A stretch of 64,000 nt of DNA. Origin: an uncultured Candidatus Binatia bacterium (GTDB taxonomy: Bacteria; Desulfobacterota; Binatia; Bin18). Position numbers and translations under genes: made by a program. This document shows, one piece after another, positions 20,217 to 30,618 of this stretch. Position 1 is the first letter of the stretch. Every line of letters begins with the position of its first letter. Location: contig OZ243961.1 in NCBI GenBank assembly GCA_965214605.1, forward strand, positions 480,001 to 544,000, given 5' to 3'. The notes under the pieces were generated by a model that was given only the letters and a program-made list of their open reading frames with translations, did no database searches and had not been told where the DNA came from.

Positions 20217-20441
20217 TATCTGTAATCAGGAGGCCGTCGTATGCGGAAAGCCGTGATGGAAAGCGTGGCATGGCGGCGGGAACGGGTTCTCTCGTCCAGT
20301 TCCAAGGATCGCGACTGAGGGACCGCAGCCTGAAGAAAACGTCGCCCCGAGTATTGAGGCAAGACCGGCGGCTCTACATTGCGGCGACAATGCTGGGACG
20401 TCTCTGTCATTTTGCACTGACGCGACCGTGGGGAGTGTGAC

Positions 20442-23400
20442 GTGGAACCTTGGCCAATTTCGACCTTGAACGAGACTCTGCAGGCAGACCGCCGTGAAGC
20501 AGTCGTGAGAGAGGTTCTCGGACATTACAAGCAAGTTTCGCCAGCTACCAGCCAACGGCTAGAGAGAACATTCCGAAACCATCTGGAATTAAGGGGCTTT
20601 CGGGACCCAATGCAGGCGCCGGTCGGCCATCTGGCTCGGGAAGTTGCCAGAAGACTATTTCATTTCCAGGCTGTCGTAAAAGCCGTTCTGCTTGCCTGGT
20701 TGGAAATACGACAGAACCTGTTCGAGATCCTGTCCGATTTCCTGGATAACCGAGAGATTCCTCTGGCAGGACCTTCTGATCTGCCGGACGTGGTCGAGGC
20801 ATTTCAAGGCCAATTCACAGGCTTCGATGAGGATGACGTCGTTCTCATGCTGCATTGCATCAAGGCTTTCGAGAAACCGATTCGACCGATAGAGGAAACA
20901 ATGCCCGAAGAGCAACCTATCACGAAATGGCAGCAATGGCTTGAAGAACTGGAGGCGTTACCTTCGGATTCGCCAGAATGGGAAACAGACAGAACTTCGG
21001 CGTTTATCGAAGCCGTTCGGCAACTTTCGGAAATCAAACTTCAGGAACGGGAAGCGCCCCGCGAACGGTTGCGGATTGCCCTTGCCGCATTGGCGGATCA
21101 GCCAGACGATATCCTCACCTATTTCGGTATCGGTGCTGTCTCTGGCTGGACGGCAGATAAATGTGAACTATCGGAAGCTGAGGTTTTAGAAAATCAGGTC
21201 ACGGAGCTCAATGACGCCCTTGCCAGACACCGGGAGCTCGGCCATCAACCGGCTGCCTCCGAAGTGCACGAAAACAGACGCCGCCGTGATGAACTGACGG
21301 CTCTGGAAGATACCATTCTGGGGTCATACGACAGCTTATCCACTATTTTCGGAACACCACCGTCTGATGACCCGCCATCCGAACCGAATGAAAGGTCGCG
21401 GAAGGAGGAAACGCTTCGGAAAGAAACGGCTCCGACCGATTCAGATGGTTCGTCTTCCGGATCGCGGGAAGCGGAAACCAGGGAGGGAGATTCGGAGCCT
21501 GACCAGGCCTTGCAGACACCATCCCTTGTGGACGCGCGAGAGACGGGGATTAATAGGTCAGCGGAAGCTGGAACTTCCGGGGTCTGCCTTTCGTCAGGAG
21601 AGAAAAACAACGCTCCGCCAGAGGAAGCGGCCGTTCAGGACGAGGTTATTTCAGAGTTGTCGTCAGACCTGCACTCATCCCAGGAGGTCGCCACTCTCCT
21701 TGAAGTCGATGAGCGCGACCAGCTCTGGCATGCCCTGTTATGGGCACTTGTCGCCGAGGATGACTTGCCGGGTGCTTACTGGCTGGCACGATCGCTCAAC
21801 GCCTCCGGACGCCGCTCACCGATCCCTGACTACGTGCTCAAGGCAGCTCAGGGCGCACGCTGGCTGGCGTCTGGTGACGAGGAAAGGTTGGTCTCCGACC
21901 TGCTCGACATAGCCAAGGCTGGCCAGCCAAGTTCCGACGATGTCCAGGCAATGATCGGACTGGCAGGATCTCTACGTGCTGCTCTGATTGCCCCTCGCAG
22001 TGGCATGATAAGTTGGCTGAAAGTTCCTTCCTGCTGTCCCGAACTGCATGAGCTGGTTGGCACGGTCAAGGAGTTTGCCGAGTTGAACATCGTTCTCCTG
22101 CCGGAAGCCTTGGACAGAGTTGCTGGCGTGGAACAGCAGGAAGCCACTTTGGGCAAGGTCGTTCGCGATGCCCGGCAGTGGCTGCGTGAGACACCAAGCC
22201 AGCGCTCCACCCACAAGCGCGCCTCCAAAGTCTGGCAACACCTTGTGGGTCCGAGAGGAGAATTGCGCAAGATGCTTCTTCCGGTCGGCGAAGACCGTCG
22301 CAACGAAGCGCAGATCGTGAAAGAGCTGCTTGAGCAATGGGAACAGGAAACCCATATCTCGGACCGGATCCATCAAATTGACCGCCAATTGGCTGGCAAG
22401 AGACCACGACGACCCATCAATAGGGCAATACACAAGAAGCTGGTCCGAGACGTCAAGGATGCCTGTCGGCTTGCGCGTCAGTGGTGGGAGCAAGGAAATC
22501 GTTTGTACGAGACCAGGACGCGAGGAGACTGGCGGTCTGGCCAGGTGGACCGGCTGCGCGACCGTGTCCATAAGGCACTGCCCCGGGCAGAGGCAGCTCT
22601 TGAGCAATTGAGTCAACGTGATCAGTCCGCGCCAGTGGAAGCTGCAGCGCTTTGCCTGAGACGAGCCTTGCGGCAGTTAGACGAGACGTTGCACCTGCAG
22701 GCCGTAGAAGGTGCGCTGGGCACGTACGCGTGGGAATGGTGCACGTCCGATGCCGAGAATCTTTCCACCGCTCTGAGTCGCCGCCTCTTGTGGTTACCCG
22801 AACTTTCCCTGGACGATGAAGGGCAGCCGTTTGATGAAATTCATGTTGCTACACCTTTGCGGGAAGCCTGTGCCGGGAAGCGGGATCTGCGTACCGCATT
22901 CAAGGGCTGGCTGCAAAGACAAGACTACCGCTTTATCAAGATCCTTTTGAGCGCTATGCGTAGTGAGGGCGACGAGCCTCGGGTGGATGAGTTGTCCAGC
23001 CTCTATCAGGAAGCCCTGGATGGTTCACGGGCAGTCTTGGGTGAGCACCTGAACAGGACCGACCAGGAAATTGAGCAGGCTGTTGTGGATGGCATCATCG
23101 GGGAAGAACGTTCCGAGTACAACGCCATCGTCGTCTCTGTAGGTTCGAAGGAAGTTCTGAATTTCCCCCCAGAGTTCAAAAGTCTCGAAGAGGTGCATGA
23201 GCGTCTTGCCGACGCGCGCAAGGAGCGCTTGGAGGAATTGCGACAGACGTGGAAGAGCTTGGAGAAAAGGCTTGACGAATCCGACATCACACCTGAGAGA
23301 AGGGAGGTCTTCAAAGAGCGGATTTCAAGAGAGTTAACAGGTGAAGACACACGGGTCGTCGAGGAACGAATAGCCCAGCTCGAAGAGGTGTTGCATCTTG

Positions 23401-26252
23401 GTGATGATGCGGGAGAGATCTTTTCCAGGGCGAGTGCACCAACGCGTGACGTGCTGGCCGAATTCAAGGAGCGGGCACCAAGAATTGCACAGTGGTTCGA
23501 GCAGGCGAAGGGTCTGCAGGCAATCGTCAGAGACATTGAAAGGGCACCAAGTCGCCATCTTGGCGGGACCAATTTTAAGAGAGTACCGAAACCTCGACGA
23601 GATGAGGCGGCCAGAGCGGTTACTGCGTGGCGTCTCCTGAAACAGCAAGGACGAAAGGGAGACAGTTTAGAGCCCTTGGTCGTCCTGCTGCTGGGCTACC
23701 TTGGTTTTGCGGACGCGCAGTGCCGGATTGCGAATAGGGGTGAGGACTGGCTCCACGCAAGCGCTTCGATGTCGGCCAGCGAGGACTTGGTAAAGTCAGT
23801 CCCTCAGTTCGGTTCACAGGCACAAGGACATTACGAGGTGATCTGTCTTTGGGAGCGTCCGGGAGCAGAAGTGCTTGCAGCACGTCTGCGAGAGTTGCGG
23901 CTGACCATGCGTAATGTGTTAGTGTTGTATTTGGGTCGGCTGACAACGACGCAGCAACGCGACGTCGCCCGCACCTGTCGTGAGCGTGGTTTGGCAATAG
24001 CTATCCTAGATGAAACCCTCCTCCTATTTCTCGCTCCAGAGCGGGATGCGCGCCTCCCTGTTTTCCTGCACTGTGCCCTGCCGTTCACAGCGTTGAATCC
24101 CTATTCGCCTTTTCAAGCGGGAGACGTGCCTCCAGAGATGTTCTACGGTCGGGAACAAATGATCCGAGAACTGCAGAGCCAGACCGGAAGCTGTCTCGTG
24201 TATGGTGGGAGGCAGTTGGGCAAGTCTGCTCTGCTTCGTCATGTGGAACGGCAGTTTCACCGTCCAGAGCAAGGCCAGTTTGCATGGGTTGAAGACATGA
24301 AGCTGATTTTCGACCCCAAAGCAGGAAAGGAGTCGACCCACGTCTGGCAAGTGTTGCAGGAAGGATTCAAACGGAAAGGCTTGCTGCCGCCAAGCGTAAG
24401 AACGAATAACCCTGACAAGATTGCCCGGCATATTGATGACGCCATGAAGCAGGAGCCTCACCGGCGTGTGATAGTCATGTTTGATGAGGCAGATGATTTC
24501 CTTGATTACGACGCCAGTGATCGCTTCCGAGTGGTTTTGAAGTTGCGGGAATTGATGTCGGCTACCCAGCGTCGTTTCAAAATAGTCTTTGCGGGCCTTC
24601 ACAATGTGCAACGTTTCCAAGGCATTCCGAATCAGCCATTGGCGCATTTTGGGGCTCCAATACAGGTCGGACCGTTGGAACCTAGGGCTGCGCAGGAGTT
24701 GGTACAAGAACCCCTAAGCATTCTGGGCTATCGCTTCGCCGATGATGCCAACGTGCTCAGAATACTGTCATACACCAATTATCACCCGGGTCTGATTCAG
24801 ATATTCTGCCAAGAGCTTCTGAAGCGGCTGCACAGACGGACGGACAGGTCCCTGCCTCCCTATGCGATTGAACAGAACGATGTGGAGGACGTGTACCGTC
24901 TGCCTGACGTTCGTGAACGCATCCGGGAGCGATTCGACTGGACACTCGCGTTGGATCTCCGTTACCAGGCCATTGCTTGGGCGATGATTTTCGACCAGAT
25001 GGGGATGGAGAAAGGCAGAGACTACACGTCGGTGTATCCGCTCGGGGAGATTCTGGAACTCGTGCGCTATTGCTGGCCTCAAGGCTTTGAGGGCATGACT
25101 TCCGATCAGTTGCGGAGCCTTCTTGGTGAGTTGTGCGGCTTGGGGGTGCTTGTACGTAATGGAGATGGACACTATCGCCTTCGGAGTCCCAACCTGGTTC
25201 GCTTGATGGGAACAGAAACAGACATTGAAAACCGCCTGGCCGAACTTTCCGACAAGAAACTGCCGGGTCCGTTCGATGCGGATAACCATCACGCTCCACT
25301 TGACGACGAAGCACGGGAATACAGTCCACTGAGCTATGCCCAGGATCGAAGCCTGATACCGCAGCATTTCGGTGTAGGAGTCATAGGTGCGTCGGAAGCA
25401 ACCGGACTTTCCACCCTTTCAGAGGCCTTTGGCCGTTACGTCTCCGGAGATTCTGCAGAGGGAATATACGCAGAAATTCCCTCGGACATCATGGATGGGG
25501 ACAGCCTAAACAGGTGGCTGGATAAGCATTTGCAGACGTACAAGGGACGCGAACGTCTTGTTGTCTGTTACAGACCCCCGGAGAAGGCCTGGGACAATTT
25601 GGGAAACCTGGTCGACTCCGCCTTGAAATTCTGCAGGCGTCATCAGTCACGCAGTGGCAAGAGATGGCTGAGGATGTTGTTTCTCTTTGATCCACCGACG
25701 ACTTGGGCTTGGCTGTCGCTCCCTCATGAGCAGCGCGAAAAGTTGGAAAATCATATGGATGCCGTGGTCTGGCCACATCTCTGGAATCTCAGTGGGATAC
25801 GCCAGCGACTGTCCCAGCACAACAAGATGGATTCGGAAGAAGTATGTCGATTTGTCTTGGAGGCGACGGGCGGGTGGCCCTTGTTGCTGGGCGAATTGTT
25901 CAAGCGGTGTCGTGCGGAGGACGACCCGCGTCCTTCTGCCAAAGCCATCGGTGAGGAAGTGGCAGGGTCCGACTCAGCCTTGGGTCGGCAATTCCGTGTT
26001 TCGCTAGGCTTGGACATCAACGAGGAGGTACGCCGTGTCTGGGAGTTTGTTCGTCGAGAAGACCAAGTGCCCGCTGAATGGATAAATCCCGACATGGTCG
26101 GCAGTGAATCTATCCTGAAGGCAGAAGTCTGTAAGAGCGCCGTCGAATACCTCCAGTGGATGGGATGTCTCTCGATACATCGTGACATAGGTTCAGCAGA
26201 GGCAATGGTTTCAGCAGAGCCAACGGTGAAGAGAGTCATGTCATCGCCATGA
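20442..26252 (+). CDS. Giant (1936 aa) helical + STAND/AAA-like P-loop ATPase, putative defence protein
   Basis: NPYSP...MFYGRE, Walker A GGRQLGKS, Walker B VIVMFDEAD, TNYHPGLIQ, wHTH-like segment, second degenerate unit ending TGGWPLLL. Confidence 0.85.
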   Translation: MEPWPISTLNETLQADRREAVVREVLGHYKQVSPATSQRLERTFRNHLELRGFRDPMQAPVGHLAREVARRLFHFQAVVKAVLLAWLEIRQNLFEILSDFLDNREIPLAGPSDLPDVVEAFQGQFTGFDEDDVVLMLHCIKAFEKPIRPIEETMPEEQPITKWQQWLEELEALPSDSPEWETDRTSAFIEAVRQLSEIKLQEREAPRERLRIALAALADQPDDILTYFGIGAVSGWTADKCELSEAEVLENQVTELNDALARHRELGHQPAASEVHENRRRRDELTALEDTILGSYDSLSTIFGTPPSDDPPSEPNERSRKEETLRKETAPTDSDGSSSGSREAETREGDSEPDQALQTPSLVDARETGINRSAEAGTSGVCLSSGEKNNAPPEEAAVQDEVISELSSDLHSSQEVATLLEVDERDQLWHALLWALVAEDDLPGAYWLARSLNASGRRSPIPDYVLKAAQGARWLASGDEERLVSDLLDIAKAGQPSSDDVQAMIGLAGSLRAALIAPRSGMISWLKVPSCCPELHELVGTVKEFAELNIVLLPEALDRVAGVEQQEATLGKVVRDARQWLRETPSQRSTHKRASKVWQHLVGPRGELRKMLLPVGEDRRNEAQIVKELLEQWEQETHISDRIHQIDRQLAGKRPRRPINRAIHKKLVRDVKDACRLARQWWEQGNRLYETRTRGDWRSGQVDRLRDRVHKALPRAEAALEQLSQRDQSAPVEAAALCLRRALRQLDETLHLQAVEGALGTYAWEWCTSDAENLSTALSRRLLWLPELSLDDEGQPFDEIHVATPLREACAGKRDLRTAFKGWLQRQDYRFIKILLSAMRSEGDEPRVDELSSLYQEALDGSRAVLGEHLNRTDQEIEQAVVDGIIGEERSEYNAIVVSVGSKEVLNFPPEFKSLEEVHERLADARKERLEELRQTWKSLEKRLDESDITPERREVFKERISRELTGEDTRVVEERIAQLEEVLHLGDDAGEIFSRASAPTRDVLAEFKERAPRIAQWFEQAKGLQAIVRDIERAPSRHLGGTNFKRVPKPRRDEAARAVTAWRLLKQQGRKGDSLEPLVVLLLGYLGFADAQCRIANRGEDWLHASASMSASEDLVKSVPQFGSQAQGHYEVICLWERPGAEVLAARLRELRLTMRNVLVLYLGRLTTTQQRDVARTCRERGLAIAILDETLLLFLAPERDARLPVFLHCALPFTALNPYSPFQAGDVPPEMFYGREQMIRELQSQTGSCLVYGGRQLGKSALLRHVERQFHRPEQGQFAWVEDMKLIFDPKAGKESTHVWQVLQEGFKRKGLLPPSVRTNNPDKIARHIDDAMKQEPHRRVIVMFDEADDFLDYDASDRFRVVLKLRELMSATQRRFKIVFAGLHNVQRFQGIPNQPLAHFGAPIQVGPLEPRAAQELVQEPLSILGYRFADDANVLRILSYTNYHPGLIQIFCQELLKRLHRRTDRSLPPYAIEQNDVEDVYRLPDVRERIRERFDWTLALDLRYQAIAWAMIFDQMGMEKGRDYTSVYPLGEILELVRYCWPQGFEGMTSDQLRSLLGELCGLGVLVRNGDGHYRLRSPNLVRLMGTETDIENRLAELSDKKLPGPFDADNHHAPLDDEAREYSPLSYAQDRSLIPQHFGVGVIGASEATGLSTLSEAFGRYVSGDSAEGIYAEIPSDIMDGDSLNRWLDKHLQTYKGRERLVVCYRPPEKAWDNLGNLVDSALKFCRRHQSRSGKRWLRMLFLFDPPTTWAWLSLPHEQREKLENHMDAVVWPHLWNLSGIRQRLSQHNKMDSEEVCRFVLEATGGWPLLLGELFKRCRAEDDPRPSAKAIGEEVAGSDSALGRQFRVSLGLDINEEVRRVWEFVRREDQVPAEWINPDMVGSESILKAEVCKSAVEYLQWMGCLSIHRDIGSAEAMVSAEPTVKRVMSSP

Positions 26253-26346
26253 GGATTGTGCGTTCAGATACTCCCTTTCGCCTTCCAAGTGTTCAGAATT
26301 TCTTGGGCAGGCTGGTAGACGACCTTTCCAAGTTGAGAATAGAGCA

Positions 26347-26988
26347 CTAGAGATCGGGCTCTATCAGTTTCCCGGCTTCACCCCCTCCTGCCCAACAAGG
26401 TCCGAGGCGTCCCTTGCGTCGATGACCGAAAGGTCATCAGCGGCATCATCCACGTCATCCGATACGGCCCCTGATGTAGCGTGACGTACCCGCCTGCCAC
26501 GGGCCTCACAAGCCCCTCTACAACCGCTTCGTACGCTGGAGTCTTCGAGTGCACCTTCTAGGCCCTGGCTTCCGAAAGCACCGCTAATGAGACCGTCATG
26601 ATCGACGGCACGCATCTCAAGGACCTCGCAATGCTGCCCAGCCTGCTCGAAAAGAGGCTTTTGAGCGCGGCATCGGACACAGTCGAGGCGGCCTCACCTC
26701 CAAGCTCCACGCCGTCTGCGCCGGCGAGGGCAAGTCCATTGCTTTGCAGTGGACAGCGGGTCAGGTCAGCGACTACCTAGAGGCGGACACGCGGCTGCCG
26801 GAGGCCAAGGAGGCGGGGGGGTCTCCGACAGCGAGCTTTCCAAGCACCGCAATCTTATTGAACGCATGTTTGACACCCAAGCCTGCCCGCCGCATTACCC
26901 ACCCGGGACGACTGTTGTGCACCTACATGCTACAGTCCCATCTGCTAGGCTGCCACGGGTATCTTCTGGCTATGAGTCCTGATCCTAG
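26347..26988 (+). mobile_element. IS5-family (IS427-like) remnant with decayed transposase
   Basis: Fragments GVPCVDDRKVISGIIHVIR, GPHKPLYNRFVRWS, TVMIDGTH, GGLTSKLHAVC, GQVSD; CTAG-flanked imperfect IRs (CTAGAGATCGGGCTC / GAGTCCTGATCCTAG). Confidence 0.85.
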
Positions 26989-27065
26989 AACGGTCTCCCT
27001 CGGCCTCTTGCATTTCTCTGACTAGGGGTTGATAAGACAGAAAACTCTCCGAGAAGGCTATCTCC

Positions 27066-28046
27066 ATGCAGTGTGGTCTTTTTTATCAGCTTCCGTGCGC
27101 ACCCGAGCAAGCGATACAGACCCGGTATCGACAAACCCTTGAGCAGATTGTGTATGCCGACGAACTCGGTTTTGACTCGGTCTGGCTAGCCGAAGCACAC
27201 TTTAACCCAAGCTTCTCGGTCATGCCCAGACCGCTGACCGTGGCCGCCGCCTTGGCGGGCCGGACCAAACGTATTCGACTCGGTATTGGCGTCAGCCAAC
27301 TGCCGCTCCATCATCCCTTACATGTTGCCGAAGAAGCTGCCACCGTTGATATGCTGAGCGACGGCCGCCTGGAGTTTGGGGCCGGCCGTGGAACCTGGAA
27401 TCAGAATTTTGAAACGTTCGGTATTCCCTGGGAGGAACGCAGCCAACGCCTTGAAGAAGCGCTGGATATTATCGAACAGGCCTGGACCAAGCCGCGTTTC
27501 TCTTATCACGGCCACTATTACGACTTTGACGCGGTCGAGGTTGTGCCCAAACCCCTCCAGCACCCTTGTCCGCCAATTCATATTGCCGCCAACAGCCCCA
27601 GCACGGCTATCTTCACCGCACGTCGTGGCTATCGGATGCTCATGGCCGCCCCTATTCATCCCTGGCCACACGAGTTTCTGACTCAGCTGAACCTCTACCG
27701 CGACACCTGCCAAGAAGTCCACGGTTCTCGGACTGCGGGTGGTGTATCGGCCCTGTTCTTCGTCTATCCAGGCGAGGATAAAACCGACGTACGTACTCAG
27801 GTGGCTGAAAGCCTCGCCCATCATCCGATCGGAGCCGGCCTCGACTACGCGGTGGCTGAAGAACGGATGGCGATCTACGGCCACCCGCGAGAGTGTATTG
27901 CCAAGATTCAGAGCATTCAGGCAAAAATTCAGTGTGACCAGCTCCTGTGCGCCCTCAATCCGGGCGGTCTGATTCCGCACGATAGGATGCTGACTGCCCT
28001 GCAGCGCTTCGCCAAAGAAGTCATGCCAGCCATACGAGACCTGTAG
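27066..28046 (+). CDS. LLM-class flavin-dependent oxidoreductase
   Basis: ADELGFDSVWLAEAHF, TKRIRLG, HPLHVAEEAATVD, GRLEFGAGRG. Confidence 0.92.
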   Translation: MQCGLFYQLPCAPEQAIQTRYRQTLEQIVYADELGFDSVWLAEAHFNPSFSVMPRPLTVAAALAGRTKRIRLGIGVSQLPLHHPLHVAEEAATVDMLSDGRLEFGAGRGTWNQNFETFGIPWEERSQRLEEALDIIEQAWTKPRFSYHGHYYDFDAVEVVPKPLQHPCPPIHIAANSPSTAIFTARRGYRMLMAAPIHPWPHEFLTQLNLYRDTCQEVHGSRTAGGVSALFFVYPGEDKTDVRTQVAESLAHHPIGAGLDYAVAEERMAIYGHPRECIAKIQSIQAKIQCDQLLCALNPGGLIPHDRMLTALQRFAKEVMPAIRDL

Positions 28047-28057
28047 CGGTTCAGACC

Positions 28058-29290
28058 TTAAGGACGGGATGGAATTTCCAGAGAAGCAACCTGTCTTAGC
28101 TGGGGAAATATTTTTGCCCACAGGGTCACAATGCCAAGCGTGCCCAGGCCACCGAGCACGACCGCCGGCACCACCCCAAACCAGGCGGCCGTTACCCCGG
28201 ACTCAAACTCTCCCAGCTCATTTGAGGCACCAATAAAGACCGCCTCAACCGCACTAACCCGGCCTCGCATATCGTCGGGAGTGGCGACTAAAACTAGGAC
28301 GCGCCGAATCACCACACTAACCATATCCGCCGCACCCATCAGCACCAGCATCAGGAGCGACAGCCACAAGGTTTCAGACACGCCGAACACGACTGTGGCC
28401 GCTCCAAATATCCCCACCGTGCTAAGCAAAATGCGTCCCGCGTGCTGCCGAATGGGGCGACGGGCGACAATTATTGCGGTGAGCAGCGCCCCGACCGCAG
28501 GCGCGCTACGCAAGACCCCTAGGCCGGTCGGCCCAACAAACAGAATATCTCGGGCGTACACCGGCAAAAGCGCGGTGGCTCCGCCCAACAGCACGGCAAA
28601 TAGATCAAGCGAAATCGCGCCGAGCACGACCTGCTGCTTGCGAATAAAGTGGATACCAGCCATAATGGTCGCCCAATCGGCGGCTTTTTTCTGGCTCACC
28701 GCCCGCTGAATTCGAATCGACACCACCAGCACTGAGGAGCCGAGCAGCAGCAAGCCAGCTACCCCGTACACCACCGCCGGTCCCAAGGTGTACAGGAGGC
28801 CCCCTGCTGCAGGGCCAGCAATAGTTGCCGTCTGCCAGGCCGAAGAACTCCAGGCTGCGGCACTCACGTAGTGGTGCTGGGGCACGAGGTTTGGCATCAG
28901 CGCGATACCGGCTGGAAACACAAACGTCCGGGCAATCCCAAACAACAACAGCACGCCGAAAATCGGCAGGATATTGGTATTACCACTCAGGATAAGCGCC
29001 ACCAGCAACACTGAGCAGACAGCCTCCAACCCGGTGCACAAGCCCAGGATCAAGCGGCGGTCGTAGCGGTCAACCACATAGCCGGCAATCAGGGCGAGAC
29101 CTAGGCCGGGCAAAAACTGGGCCAGGCCGACAAAGCCGAGATCTAGGGGCCTATGGGTCAGATCATACACCTGCCAACCGATCGCGACCGACTGCATCTG
29201 GGTAGCCAGGGTAGAAAACAGCCGAGAGGCCCAGTAACGCCGGAAGGCGGGAAAAGAAAACGCGGATGCAGCGGAACCGGAACGTGCCAT
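28058..29290 (-). CDS. MFS transporter (EntS/MFS_3-like)
   Basis: About 12 hydrophobic segments; GYVVDRYDRR, PDDMRGRV. Confidence 0.92.
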   Translation of the reverse strand: MARSGSAASAFSFPAFRRYWASRLFSTLATQMQSVAIGWQVYDLTHRPLDLGFVGLAQFLPGLGLALIAGYVVDRYDRRLILGLCTGLEAVCSVLLVALILSGNTNILPIFGVLLLFGIARTFVFPAGIALMPNLVPQHHYVSAAAWSSSAWQTATIAGPAAGGLLYTLGPAVVYGVAGLLLLGSSVLVVSIRIQRAVSQKKAADWATIMAGIHFIRKQQVVLGAISLDLFAVLLGGATALLPVYARDILFVGPTGLGVLRSAPAVGALLTAIIVARRPIRQHAGRILLSTVGIFGAATVVFGVSETLWLSLLMLVLMGAADMVSVVIRRVLVLVATPDDMRGRVSAVEAVFIGASNELGEFESGVTAAWFGVVPAVVLGGLGTLGIVTLWAKIFPQLRQVASLEIPSRP

Positions 29291-29762
29291 GTGTTTGATA
29301 CCGGGAGGCGTCTGCGTCAGCAACCCTATCAGAGAACCGGAGAGGCGTCATGTCTCGAGTCACAGCGGTTCTCCACGCCCAATAGCCGCGTCTCTTGAGA
29401 AAAAAGGCAGCAACCATTTAGGGTTCGGGAGAAAAGGGGCAAAATATGCTCTACCGGCTCGTCCCGTATGAGATCGCAGAGTCATGAAGCGAACCACCCA
29501 AGGAGTTGCGGGCCATGATGGTTCACCGTGCTCAACAACCCACCGCCCGACCCGCTTGCCGTCACAATCTCCCTGAAGCCGCTCCTCGTCCCATCTGAAG
29601 CGTCTCATTGCCTACGGCTGACTGTAGAGTGCGCACCCTCAGGTGTGACTAGCAGATTAGACGCAGCCCTCTCTTCTTTGACAAGGGTGTTGGCCGAGGG
29701 CTCTCATCGCCTGCCCACCTTTCTGCTAGGGTTGAGCCAAGTCTCTGGAAAGGAGGACATCT

Positions 29763-30596
29763 ATGTCTCAGTCAGCCGACAATGCGCGTCCCATCGACAC
29801 CGGAACCGAACAACTCTTGTGCCGTATCGAAGACGGCATTGGCGTTGTCACCCTTAACCGCCCGGAAGCCCGTAACGCCCTGTCCGATATCCTCACTCCG
29901 GCCCTGCGACGTATGATTCCTGAGCTGGCCGCCATGAGCGAGGTCGGCTGTATTCTGCTGACCGGCGCCGGCCGGGCCTTTTGCGCCGGTGGCGATGTCA
30001 AGAGCATGAACGCCGGGCCACAGATCGAACAGACCACCGAACAGAAGATCGCCACCCTACGCCACGGACAAGCCACCCTGACGGCTATGATCTACGAGTT
30101 GGAAAAACCCGTCATCGCCGCTCTGCCAGGCCCGGCCGCCGGAGCCGGCCTGTCGATTGCCCTGGCGTGTGATATCCGCATTGCTGCCGAGCGGGCATTT
30201 ATCACAACCGCCTTTCGGAATATCGGCCTGTCGGGCGACTACGGTGGCAGCTGGTTTCTGACCCGCCTCGTAGGCACTGCCAAGGCCCGAGAGCTGTACT
30301 ACACCGCCGAGCGGGTCGGCGCGCGCGAGTGCGAGCGGCTCGGTATCGTCAATCGGGTCGTGGCCGACGACGAACTGCAGGCTGAAGCTCTAGCCTTGGC
30401 CAAGCGCATTGCCAGCGGACCGCCGATCGCCATACGCTACATGAAAGAAAATCTCAACCGGGCGGTGACGCAGGATCTACGCAGCTGTCTCGATATGGAA
30501 GCCGACCGCCTCATCCGAGTCCAACAGACCGAAGACTTTCGGGAGGCGGTCAGAGCTTTTGTTGACAAACGGCCACCAACGTTTCGGGGACGCTAA
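29763..30596 (+). CDS. Enoyl-CoA hydratase/isomerase family
   Basis: LNRPEARNAL, AFCAGGD, AAGAGLSIALACD, GLSGDYGGSW. Confidence 0.92.
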   Translation: MSQSADNARPIDTGTEQLLCRIEDGIGVVTLNRPEARNALSDILTPALRRMIPELAAMSEVGCILLTGAGRAFCAGGDVKSMNAGPQIEQTTEQKIATLRHGQATLTAMIYELEKPVIAALPGPAAGAGLSIALACDIRIAAERAFITTAFRNIGLSGDYGGSWFLTRLVGTAKARELYYTAERVGARECERLGIVNRVVADDELQAEALALAKRIASGPPIAIRYMKENLNRAVTQDLRSCLDMEADRLIRVQQTEDFREAVRAFVDKRPPTFRGR

Positions 30597-30618
30597 GCCG
30601 CTGTCGGAACCACACCGC

